Positions 55,450 through 63,249 of a DNA stretch of 64,000 nucleotides are shown here, in pieces. Source of the stretch: a virus. Its lineage: Duplodnaviria; Caudoviricetes. The stretch's first letter is position 1. Each line of letters opens with the position of its first letter. The DNA lies in IMG/VR virus record IMGVR_UViG_3300049844_000087, positions 1 through 64,000 of that record. One strand, given 5' to 3'. The notes below the pieces were generated by a model that made no database searches, was not told where the DNA came from, and was given only the letters and a program-made list of their open reading frames with translations. The translations under genes and the position numbers were made by a program.

Positions 55450-56364
55450 ATGAAGAAGCGAGAAGTTAGTTACGACGGTTACTCAAGAGATAACGACAAA
55501 TATTACGTTTTGCCAAAAGCGGTGAATCGTGAATCAAAGATCCCAACTGGGATTTATCGTATGGATTTTAACCACGAAAGCAAGCGTGCTTATCTGTACG
55601 AGACTGAGTTGACACATGATGACATTTTGGATCTTCCTAGCGAAGAGTATGTCGAAGTCATGCGAACCATGTCTCGATTTCTTCTTCCAGAGGTTCGAGC
55701 GGGTTACGAGCGACTTGGATACTTGTATAAGCGTAACTTGCTTATGCACGGAGTTCCTGGCGCTGGAAAGACGATCTTGGTTAATCGAATCACTGAGTCT
55801 GCGGTTAAGAACCAAAATGCGATTTGTATTTTCGTAGATCGTAAAACTGCAACTGGAAACGTAGATGGCGTGCTTTTGTTGGAACTGGTCATGAATTGGT
55901 TTAAGGATACTAACCCAGATAGTTTGCTGGTTTTGATCTTGGAAGAAGTTGACGAGATGATTGCTCGAAGTGAGCACCAATTGCTCGTTTTCTTGGACGG
56001 TCAGATGCAGCGACCAAATACTATCGTGCTCGGGACTACAAACTACATTCACAAGATTCCACCTAGATTCTTGCGTCCTGGTCGATTCAGTCAGACTATC
56101 GAAGTTAAGTTGCCTTCGCTCAAAGCTCGTAAGCACTATTTGACTCACAAGCTTGGTAAAGATTTCGAGCATCTTGACACTTGGGCAAAAGAGACAAAAC
56201 AATTCTCTATTGATGATTTGAAAGAAGTTATTCAATCCTGTTACCTCATCGGCGAGCCGTTCAAGAAAGTTGTTGAACGTCTGCGTAAGACCAAAGGTCT
56301 GAGTGGTGATGAACCGGAGGATAATCAATGGGATGACACTGAGTCCTTCGAGGTTGTTGAGTAA
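55450..56364 (+). CDS. AAA+ ATPase
   Basis: Walker A HGVPGAGKT, Walker B LILEEVDE, SRH RPGRF. Confidence 0.9.
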   Translation: MKKREVSYDGYSRDNDKYYVLPKAVNRESKIPTGIYRMDFNHESKRAYLYETELTHDDILDLPSEEYVEVMRTMSRFLLPEVRAGYERLGYLYKRNLLMHGVPGAGKTILVNRITESAVKNQNAICIFVDRKTATGNVDGVLLLELVMNWFKDTNPDSLLVLILEEVDEMIARSEHQLLVFLDGQMQRPNTIVLGTTNYIHKIPPRFLRPGRFSQTIEVKLPSLKARKHYLTHKLGKDFEHLDTWAKETKQFSIDDLKEVIQSCYLIGEPFKKVVERLRKTKGLSGDEPEDNQWDDTESFEVVE

Positions 56365-56442
56365 AGGATTTGAATTGGAAGTTAAAGAAGTTATGCGCAA
56401 AATGGCGCAGTCTTTAGCAAAGTCATTTGAGGGAGGGAATAA

Positions 56443-56799
56443 ATGACGACTAGATTACAACTATCAGGAAAAGCATCAGATCAGTTTGCAATTATTGACT
56501 CGGAAGATTTTGAGAAGGTAAAAGGCTACAACTGGTATATCGGATCAAATGTGAAGAAGCGCAAGGACGGTACTGTAGGGTATCGTCGATATTACGTCTT
56601 TACTACTATTAATGGGAAAACCGTTCGATTGCACCGTTTACTTAAAGATGTCACAGACTCCTCTTTAGACGTAGACCACATTGACGACGATTTCCTAAAT
56701 AACACTAAAGCTAACTTGTGTGTCATGGATCACGTTTCGCACGCAAAGAAAAGCTGTATGCGTAGAAAAGAAATTCAGAAACTAAGGAAGAGTGCATGA
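56443..56799 (+). CDS. HNH endonuclease
   Basis: RLHRLL...VDHIDDDFLNNTKANL. Confidence 0.8.
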   Translation: MTTRLQLSGKASDQFAIIDSEDFEKVKGYNWYIGSNVKKRKDGTVGYRRYYVFTTINGKTVRLHRLLKDVTDSSLDVDHIDDDFLNNTKANLCVMDHVSHAKKSCMRRKEIQKLRKSA

Positions 56800-57524
56800 G
56801 ATGGTTCACTAGCGATATTCACTTCTGGCATCGCAATGTCATTCAGTATTGCAATAGACCTTGGTCTACTGTCGAAGAAATGAATCAAGGTATTATTGAT
56901 AATTTTAATGCTCTAGTTAAGCCTGAAGACTTGGTGTATTGCTTGGGTGATTTCAGCCTCAGTTATCAAGGTGCCGAGATGCGCAAGTATCTTAACGGTA
57001 CTTGGTTTCTAGTTCCTGGCAATCACGATAAGTGTCATCAAGTGTTTCACAAAAACAGAGAAGAGAAAAAAGCCAACTCAGAGAAGCGTTACGCAGATAT
57101 GGGTTTCATTATTCTGCCAGAACGCTACTCTACGATTTTGACTGATCAAGGTGAAGAGATTGCTGCACAGATTTGTCATTTCCCATTTCAAGAGGATCAT
57201 GGAAACTTCGAGCAACAACCTCGGTATCAGAAGCTAAGACCTTCTCCCACTTGTTTGACGCAAGTTCTTCTCAATGGTCATGTCCACAATGCGTGGAAGT
57301 CTCGAATGTTCAAGTTTGAAGAGGAAAATCGTTTTATTCCTCAGATCAATCTTGGAGTTGACGTTTGGGATTGGAAACCTGTATCCGAGCCTGAATTGTT
57401 TCAATTTGCGAAAAGCGAAATCATCAGGGCTGAAGAATTGACAAATTTGAGCAATTCGCTAATAAAGGTTGACTTGGGGCCTGATGCGAGTAAGAATTAT
57501 AAAAAAGACTTATTTGAGGATTAA
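56796..57524 (+). CDS. Calcineurin-like metallophosphoesterase
   Basis: FTSDIHFWH, LGDF, GNHD, CHFP, NGHVH. Confidence 0.9.
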   Translation: MRWFTSDIHFWHRNVIQYCNRPWSTVEEMNQGIIDNFNALVKPEDLVYCLGDFSLSYQGAEMRKYLNGTWFLVPGNHDKCHQVFHKNREEKKANSEKRYADMGFIILPERYSTILTDQGEEIAAQICHFPFQEDHGNFEQQPRYQKLRPSPTCLTQVLLNGHVHNAWKSRMFKFEEENRFIPQINLGVDVWDWKPVSEPELFQFAKSEIIRAEELTNLSNSLIKVDLGPDASKNYKKDLFED

Positions 57525-57526
57525 TT

Positions 57527-57859
57527 ATGAAAGTACACCAAATGATAGTAAACAACAAACCTGAACTAGTGGCCGACATCAGAGCTAATGCAATGCAGGT
57601 AGGATTAGACAAGCTGGACTATGAAGGCTTTTACACGTTGAAGAAACTCGGTGCCAAGAATGAATCTCCACTCGGGTATCCAAATCAGTACACAGTAATC
57701 AAAGGTTCGGTGTGCTTGATTGGTAATGAGGACTTCGTTGCGATTTATATGACTGGCATCAGTGAGTGGTTTAAGACTAGTCCGGTGATGTCGTGCAAGA
57801 AGACTAAGCAAGGTTTTAAGATCGAAACTGAAAATTCATTTTATCTACTGGAGAAGTAA
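57527..57859 (+). CDS. Hypothetical protein
   Basis: FKTSPV....IETENSFY motif; GAGG RBS. Confidence 0.55.
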   Translation: MKVHQMIVNNKPELVADIRANAMQVGLDKLDYEGFYTLKKLGAKNESPLGYPNQYTVIKGSVCLIGNEDFVAIYMTGISEWFKTSPVMSCKKTKQGFKIETENSFYLLEK

Positions 57860-58201
57860 ATGAGAATCGGACGATACGAGTTTGGATTAGTAGAGCCTTT
57901 GACGTTTAGGTGGAAGATGTGGAAAACTGCCGCTGAAAACCCTTGTGGCTGCACTATCTGGGAGTGGGGATTTTGGTACTTCACTATTTTGCGCTACGCT
58001 TGCGCAGGAGAACCAGATACTCGCTCTATTAGTAAATCTGAAATGAAACGCTTGAACGTGCTCAACAACCGTCCGATGATGGAAGGTATTTCGGAGCTAA
58101 AGCAATTGCCTCCAGATAAAATCAAAAAGGCACGCAAAGCTCTGAAAAGGCTTGATATGAAAATTAAACCGAAGCGTAAGCGTCGGAAGAAAAAGAACTA
58201 A
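57860..58201 (+). CDS. Hypothetical protein
   Basis: 113 aa, basic C-terminus. Confidence 0.55.
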   Translation: MRIGRYEFGLVEPLTFRWKMWKTAAENPCGCTIWEWGFWYFTILRYACAGEPDTRSISKSEMKRLNVLNNRPMMEGISELKQLPPDKIKKARKALKRLDMKIKPKRKRRKKKN

Positions 58202-58304
58202 GGGTGCAGTGGATGTGGTGGAGTTGGGTGGCATCGCTCTCGCTTGAAGCCGGAATATATGGCGAGAAACGTAATGACCAGACAAGACCAAGAGTTGCTG
58301 AGCC

Positions 58305-58372
58305 TGGGGTAAGGTAGTTGGGTAACTACACCGTAGCAACGGAGATTGGGAGTTCGAGTCTCTCTACCCCGA
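58305..58372 (+). ncRNA. tRNA-like cloverleaf lacking a canonical anticodon loop
   Basis: 7-bp acceptor, GGGAG-TTCGAGT-CTCTC T arm, 6-bp D-like arm, CCGT-AGCA-ACGG short arm. Confidence 0.55.
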
Positions 58373-58382
58373 ATTTTTTTAG

Positions 58383-58411
58383 TTGACAAAAACAGTTAAG
58401 TATTATAAGGT
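58383..58411 (+). promoter_or_regulatory. Sigma70 promoter (leaderless transcript)
   Basis: TTGACA-17 nt-TAAGGT; +1 falls on the ATG at 58418. Confidence 0.6.
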
Positions 58412-58417
58412 GGGTAC

Positions 58418-58639
58418 ATGAGTCAAATAATGATAAAGAAGAAAAAGCCTAAGAGGGTTTACAAAATGGAAGAACTAACTAAGAGTGACATTGAGTTGTT
58501 GATTCAAGCTGCTAGTACGCCACCAGAGTATTTTTTCTGCTTTGGGATGGCTTGGTACAAACTGTTCGCTTTGGGTTTGATTGATGAAGATACTCGGGTG
58601 ACTCAGGATGGGATTATGGCGATAAGGAGTTTTCAATGA
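58418..58639 (+). CDS. Hypothetical protein
   Basis: 73 aa, first gene after the promoter. Confidence 0.55.
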   Translation: MSQIMIKKKKPKRVYKMEELTKSDIELLIQAASTPPEYFFCFGMAWYKLFALGLIDEDTRVTQDGIMAIRSFQ

Positions 58640-58926
58640 AAAGGAAAGAGCGAATTCGTGTTTTAAAATATTTGGCGGTAGAGGGTCTGGCTCTTCTGGC
58701 AGCAATCTACCTAGTGCTTTCTATTGGTGCATTTCTAGGTGGGGCATCGGATTCTGGTTACACCAATAAGTATTCAAATGATTTGGATCAATGCTATGAC
58801 ACTCCTCTGCGAATAGAACAAGCTTTCCCATCTTACCGACTTGGTTGTTATATCTTTGGTCTGCAAGGCAAAAGTTATGACTATTGGTCTTTAAAGGAAG
58901 TTCAAAATGAACGCTCAGGAAATTAA
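58636..58926 (+). CDS. Membrane-anchored hypothetical protein
   Basis: N-terminal TM, AAGGAG RBS. Confidence 0.55.
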   Translation: MKRKERIRVLKYLAVEGLALLAAIYLVLSIGAFLGGASDSGYTNKYSNDLDQCYDTPLRIEQAFPSYRLGCYIFGLQGKSYDYWSLKEVQNERSGN

Positions 58927-59131
58927 GACCATTATCGAAGAGGTGATCAATCCTGCACTCGAAGGACACATGGGCTGCTGCGAATTCCAGTCTTTTGAAG
59001 CTGGCATTGTGACCGTAAAGATGGCTGGCTCTTGTCAGGCATGTCCTGGTAAGAAGCGAACATTTGAACAGGGCATCAAACCATTTTTGATGGAGCACTG
59101 CCCTGAAGTGAAGGATGTGGTGCTGGTGTGA
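58907..59131 (+). CDS. NifU/NfuA C-terminal domain protein
   Basis: INPALEGHMG..E......V.V.MAGSCQACP (CxxC). Confidence 0.85.
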   Translation: MNAQEIKTIIEEVINPALEGHMGCCEFQSFEAGIVTVKMAGSCQACPGKKRTFEQGIKPFLMEHCPEVKDVVLV

Positions 59132-59361
59132 ACAAATGGTCCAAACCCCACACTAAAGGCAAAGATTGTAAAATCTGCTGTTGCAGCGGACCTGAGAAAT
59201 GTAAAGAGCCAGGTTGTGACGGTTGGGTTCATCAAGACGTAGTTGACGAGATTGAGTACGAAGAAGGCGACTGGGCCTGGATGCACAACTACAAATGTGA
59301 CACTTGTGGCAAAACGGAATATTTTAACTCCGAAGAGGGGTATGAAGTGGAGATTGAATGA
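59128..59361 (+). CDS. Cys-rich Zn-binding hypothetical protein
   Basis: Multiple CxxC pairs. Confidence 0.55.
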   Translation: MNKWSKPHTKGKDCKICCCSGPEKCKEPGCDGWVHQDVVDEIEYEEGDWAWMHNYKCDTCGKTEYFNSEEGYEVEIE

Positions 59362-59684
59362 AAAATCTTGCAATTAGCTTAGGAGCTTTGTGCTTATTGA
59401 TTACGGTCATACTGCTTCTCTCTTTCAGAGAAAACGCCAATCTAAAGCGAGAACTTACGTTAGAACGAGGAGATGAAGTCGAAATCATTTACATGTCTGA
59501 ATCTGAACGTGAGAATCGTTTATTTGAGGGGTGCAGCGCACACTACATTACTGGCGTAGCCACTAGCGTAGGAAACGTGGTTCTGTTGACCCTTCGAGAC
59601 TGCGCTCATCCATTTTTTAAAGACAAGCCAGTTTATCCAGAATTACGAAACAGAGAGACTATCAGAAAGAAGTTGAATATATGA
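59358..59684 (+). CDS. Membrane-anchored hypothetical protein
   Basis: N-terminal TM, ATGA overlap. Confidence 0.55.
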   Translation: MKNLAISLGALCLLITVILLLSFRENANLKRELTLERGDEVEIIYMSESERENRLFEGCSAHYITGVATSVGNVVLLTLRDCAHPFFKDKPVYPELRNRETIRKKLNI

Positions 59685-59944
59685 GAGTCGGCTATCTTGG
59701 ACTTCAGATGTGTAATGGATTTTCGGACAGAATGCAAGAAGGTCCGATGCAACGCTTAGTGTTCACCATTGACTGTTGGATCGAAAAGAATACCGGACTC
59801 ATCTCGGAAATCACGGTCTCCCCGAAGTTCTACCACGCTCTGACCAAAGAAGTTGGTTATCCAGTCCTATTCGTAGAAACATTAGTCGGCGGCACCGAAA
59901 TAGTGGTTAAGCCCATGCAAGACACTGAAATCGAGGTTAGATGA
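59681..59944 (+). CDS. Hypothetical protein
   Basis: 87 aa, overlap coupling. Confidence 0.5.
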   Translation: MRVGYLGLQMCNGFSDRMQEGPMQRLVFTIDCWIEKNTGLISEITVSPKFYHALTKEVGYPVLFVETLVGGTEIVVKPMQDTEIEVR

Positions 59945-60588
59945 TGAGACAAGTAAAGTGCGTTAGACCTTTAGGCCATTTGACGAAAGACCGCATCTAC
60001 ACTGTGGTCGGTGAACCCGCTAAAGATGCCAAGTGGTTAACAGTGGTAGATGACCGAGGTGAATGCGCAACTTATGATGCTGCTAGGTTCGAGGCTCTTT
60101 TAGCACCGCAGGTCGCACCAAATTTTCGCCAGATGCAACAGATTGCAGATGAGGTAAAAATTACATGCCCTGTGGTTGAAGAAGCCGAGGCTCGCAAAGC
60201 GCAGCCCAAGACCATCATGCAAGAGTACACAGATAACCCCCAACTAGATACTTCAACTGTCCCGCTACCCGCTGCCTCAGACGTTCCATACGACGCTAAC
60301 GGTCACATAACCCTAAGTGCCGAAGACTTTGACAAACTAGTCGAAGACCTAGAATCCGACCTTCCTCCATCCCCTGCCCTGCTATCCGCTAGAATTCGAT
60401 TCCTATCATTAAAACTCCAAGATTCTAAAAAAGAAGTTGACAGATTGAATCAAGTATTACAAGATAAAGACTTAGAGATTGAGACCTTAAGACGGTATGG
60501 GAATAAGGACTGTACCGCTATGGCAGAGGAAGAATTAGAAAGAGTAAGGGAAGAGTGGAAGCAAAGAATACTGAGGGGTGGAGTTTGA
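59941..60588 (+). CDS. Mosaic hypothetical protein
   Basis: SH3-like N-terminus, DUF1778-like central motif, coiled-coil C-terminus. Confidence 0.55.
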   Translation: MMRQVKCVRPLGHLTKDRIYTVVGEPAKDAKWLTVVDDRGECATYDAARFEALLAPQVAPNFRQMQQIADEVKITCPVVEEAEARKAQPKTIMQEYTDNPQLDTSTVPLPAASDVPYDANGHITLSAEDFDKLVEDLESDLPPSPALLSARIRFLSLKLQDSKKEVDRLNQVLQDKDLEIETLRRYGNKDCTAMAEEELERVREEWKQRILRGGV

Positions 60589-60749
60589 GTTTGGTAAATC
60601 TTAAAAGCGAACTTTCTTCTATACGAACTTGGGGCATTAACTTTGTGTGGCGCAATTCGGAATGTTATCGGTATTTCAGGATTAACTTGTATATGGGCAG
60701 AAAGCATTATCAATGGGATTTCTTTCGTAAGGAGAAGTTTTTACAATGA
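60555..60749 (+). CDS. Hypothetical protein (start uncertain)
   Basis: Fills the gap; ATGA overlap downstream. Confidence 0.4.
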   Translation: MEAKNTEGWSLSLVNLKSELSSIRTWGINFVWRNSECYRYFRINLYMGRKHYQWDFFRKEKFLQ

Positions 60750-60952
60750 TCAAACTAGGTGGGACCATCTGCGACATGTGCCGTATCATCATCAGAGATG
60801 GAAATGCTATGTACGAGCGACACACTAAGAAAGGTCGAATAATGCACTTTTGTTCGGACAAGTGCAAAGACAAGGATACAACTCCTGGACTGCTTAAAGC
60901 TGATTTAGGTCCGAATGCTAGTAAGAATTATAAAAAGGATCTGTTTAAATGA
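60746..60952 (+). CDS. Small Zn-finger (YHS/TRASH-like) protein
   Basis: CDMC...HFCSDKC. Confidence 0.6.
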   Translation: MIKLGGTICDMCRIIIRDGNAMYERHTKKGRIMHFCSDKCKDKDTTPGLLKADLGPNASKNYKKDLFK

Positions 60953-61404
60953 ACATATTTGTCGTTAGCCCAGAACCGTGGAAATGTGCAAGCTACCTAG
61001 ACGATAAGAGGGTAGTGAAGATGGTATTGGAGACTGCTCAACTGTTAGCGACGGCAATCAATGTATCTGGCGGAAAAGCTTCGTATAGAACAACTCATGT
61101 GAATCACCCTTGCTCGATATGGGTCAGGCAGTCTAAAGGTAATTATCAGTGGACTTTGCAGCTATTTAAGGAATTGCTTCAGGAATATGAAAACCGATAC
61201 GGACGTATTCATAAGTGTAGAGATTACATGCTTGAGTTCTGTTCTGGTGTTGATTTGATGCCAGAGGGTGAAATGACGCCTTTTGTAAACTGTACTCCAT
61301 TTAAAGATGAGGCAGATGTTTTTGTTGCGTATAAAGCCTGTCTTCAAGAGAAATGGAAAAACGATAAACGGAAACCGACTTGGAAAGGTTTGAGTCATGG
61401 ATGA
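60949..61404 (+). CDS. Pyrimidine-dimer DNA glycosylase (DenV-like) family protein
   Basis: MNIF...LDDKRVVKMVLETAQLL...HVNHPCSIW. Confidence 0.75.
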   Translation: MNIFVVSPEPWKCASYLDDKRVVKMVLETAQLLATAINVSGGKASYRTTHVNHPCSIWVRQSKGNYQWTLQLFKELLQEYENRYGRIHKCRDYMLEFCSGVDLMPEGEMTPFVNCTPFKDEADVFVAYKACLQEKWKNDKRKPTWKGLSHG

Positions 61405-61594
61405 GGTAAAAACCGGATACATGTGCCAAACCGATTGGAACTGGGAATTGGGTGAAGCTTTAGGCGGAACCACGATTTACCCTACAATCGAGGATTTGAA
61501 AACGGAGCGCAAGTGTACGGATTCTTGTGGCGTTGTGAAAGTAAAGATTGAACTTATCGAAGTTGTCGAACCAGGCAAGGAGTGGGGAAAATGA
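61397..61594 (+). CDS. Hypothetical protein
   Basis: 65 aa, overlap coupling. Confidence 0.55.
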   Translation: MDEVKTGYMCQTDWNWELGEALGGTTIYPTIEDLKTERKCTDSCGVVKVKIELIEVVEPGKEWGK

Positions 61595-61761
61595 AAAACG
61601 AGAAGAGTGACAATTATTTCCTAAATAAAATTAGGGACTTTTATGAGAATGGTGGAGGCAAAGAACTAGAACAATTGCCAGACAACGTCTCATTTCTAAG
61701 AGATGAAGACGTAGAGCACTTTGTAGAACAAGTGCGAAAGGAAAAAGATGAAGCGAAGTGA
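61591..61761 (+). CDS. Hypothetical protein (56 aa, not in ORF track)
   Basis: GGAGTGGGG RBS, ATGA overlap; hand-translated. Confidence 0.5.
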   Translation: MKNEKSDNYFLNKIRDFYENGGGKELEQLPDNVSFLRDEDVEHFVEQVRKEKDEAK

Positions 61762-62050
61762 GGCTCTAAAACTCATAGCAAACCAATTGGATTTCCTAAA
61801 TGGACGTTTTCATGGATTGCGTGTAAATTTTACAGAACAAGAATTGAAGAGTGCTGATGTCATCTTGACCACGCTCGAACAAGCCGGAATGCAACCGCCA
61901 GTTAGATACGTTCATTTTGCAGATGGACAAAAAGTTCCTGGAAGTTACGAGTATGGAGTGGCCGATTACACTTGGGAACCTGAAGATGGCGCTCAACAAG
62001 ATCAGCGAGCTTTTTGGGATGATGACAATCGTGGTAGTGGTGCGGTATGA
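61748..62050 (+). CDS. Hypothetical protein
   Basis: MKRSE...GMQPP...WEPED pattern. Confidence 0.6.
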   Translation: MKRSEALKLIANQLDFLNGRFHGLRVNFTEQELKSADVILTTLEQAGMQPPVRYVHFADGQKVPGSYEYGVADYTWEPEDGAQQDQRAFWDDDNRGSGAV

Positions 62051-62208
62051 GCAAGAACGTAATGAAAGCCATTTTGATCAACGTTTGCTTATTGTTGGGA
62101 GCTTTGTCCGAAACGCCAGAGCGAAAAGCAGTCGCAATGTACTTTGTACTGGTGGCAGCTCTAGTTGCTGCTGATCATGTAAAAAATATACTAAACGATG
62201 AAAACTAA
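62047..62208 (+). CDS. Small two-TM protein (53 aa, not in ORF track)
   Basis: ATGA overlap; two hydrophobic segments. Confidence 0.5.
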   Translation: MSKNVMKAILINVCLLLGALSETPERKAVAMYFVLVAALVAADHVKNILNDEN

Positions 62209-62365
62209 AGACTACGTTGCCGAGAGATTGAAAATCTGTAAAGCCTGTCCTGCTAACCGTGGTTTTCGTTGTTCGGTGTGTAAATGTTTCATAGAGGTCA
62301 AGGTGAGAGTGAAATGGGCTTCGTGCCCAAAGGGGAAATGGGGAGAGTACCGTGAGTCACGATAA
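62198..62365 (+). CDS. DUF6171-like Cys-rich protein (55 aa, not in ORF track)
   Basis: ERLKICKACP...CSVCKCFI..K....CPKGKW. Confidence 0.6.
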   Translation: MKTKDYVAERLKICKACPANRGFRCSVCKCFIEVKVRVKWASCPKGKWGEYRESR

Positions 62366-62597
62366 TTTGCTTATTCAGGTAGAAAACACCAAATTTGCTA
62401 TTTGTCTAATAACGGACAACCATAAGCAGCATGTGCTGGCTCATTTGCGTTATGCCTACAAGCCTCGTATCATGAGACATATACTTGACCATTTGTATCT
62501 GTGGTTTAGAGCTAGACGAATGGGAATTCCAAATATCAGCCTCGAAGAAGTTTTGTCCAGCGTTCGAGGATTGCAGAAAGAAAAGGGGAATAAGTGA
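62352..62597 (+). CDS. Hypothetical protein
   Basis: GGGAG RBS, GTG start. Confidence 0.5.
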   Translation: MSHDNLLIQVENTKFAICLITDNHKQHVLAHLRYAYKPRIMRHILDHLYLWFRARRMGIPNISLEEVLSSVRGLQKEKGNK

Positions 62598-62740
62598 TGT
62601 ACGAAAGTTTCGCAGCCCGACTATTAGCATTTTGGATACCAGTCATAGCATCCTTGATTTTAGGATACCTGCTGGGAATGAATACCGGACACGTTCAAGT
62701 GATCAAAGATGATGGGACGATCTGTGCGGAAATTAAGTGA
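62597..62740 (+). CDS. Small TM protein (47 aa, not in ORF track)
   Basis: AGGGG RBS, TGATG overlap. Confidence 0.45.
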   Translation: MYESFAARLLAFWIPVIASLILGYLLGMNTGHVQVIKDDGTICAEIK

Positions 62741-62951
62741 CCGACTCGAAACCGCAGTTTTCTGGACGTGCTTAATCGGAACTTCGATTGCCGTCCTGAC
62801 GATCCTATTCTTTAAAGGTGCCACCAAAGAAACCGTTAACGCAGTGCGTCAGAAGATACGTCCTACTTGTAGCAAACGTTCCTGCCCACTTCCACCGGAG
62901 TTCGGAATTCCTTCCGATGAGCCCTCCGAACCCGAAGATTTACGCAAATAG
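62709..62951 (+). CDS. Membrane-anchored hypothetical protein
   Basis: TM segment; last gene of the block. Confidence 0.45.
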   Translation: MMGRSVRKLSDRLETAVFWTCLIGTSIAVLTILFFKGATKETVNAVRQKIRPTCSKRSCPLPPEFGIPSDEPSEPEDLRK

Positions 62952-63111
62952 TAATTTATGACACCATGCGTCATTTAGGTGTGCAAAAATTACAAAAAGT
63001 AGTAGAACTATCAAGAACTTATTACACACTATAAAAAAAATTTTTCAATCAGAATTTTGACCCGATGGAACCAAACTTTCGGGGCGGTTGAAATCTTGAC
63101 GCAGTGCGTCA
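62837..63111. repeat. Three copies of the TGACGCA-N-TGCGTCA palindrome
   Basis: 62837-62851, 62959-62973, 63097-63111 (perfect). Confidence 0.75.
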
Positions 63112-63124
63112 TCTAATATAATAC
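63096..63124 (+). promoter_or_regulatory. Putative promoter overlapped by the palindrome
   Basis: TTGACG followed by TATAAT (15-nt spacer) or TAATAC (17-nt spacer). Confidence 0.45.
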
Positions 63125-63249
63125 AAAAAAATTTTGTGACAGACTACTAGGCACAGGTATTGGGCTCGGCACTGCAAGGCAGCTATCCCCCCGTAACCAC
63201 TAGGGAATCCCATATTGATACATTGATGATAATGTATATTATCGTCAGA

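Noticed and set aside
55534-56400. 288-aa minus-strand ORF
   Set aside because: Shadow of the AAA+ ATPase, which has complete motifs
55191-63124. A special promoter class with 15-nt spacer
   Set aside because: The 58383 site fits a normal 17-nt spacing (TAAGGT) and 63096 is ambiguous; only one clear case remains
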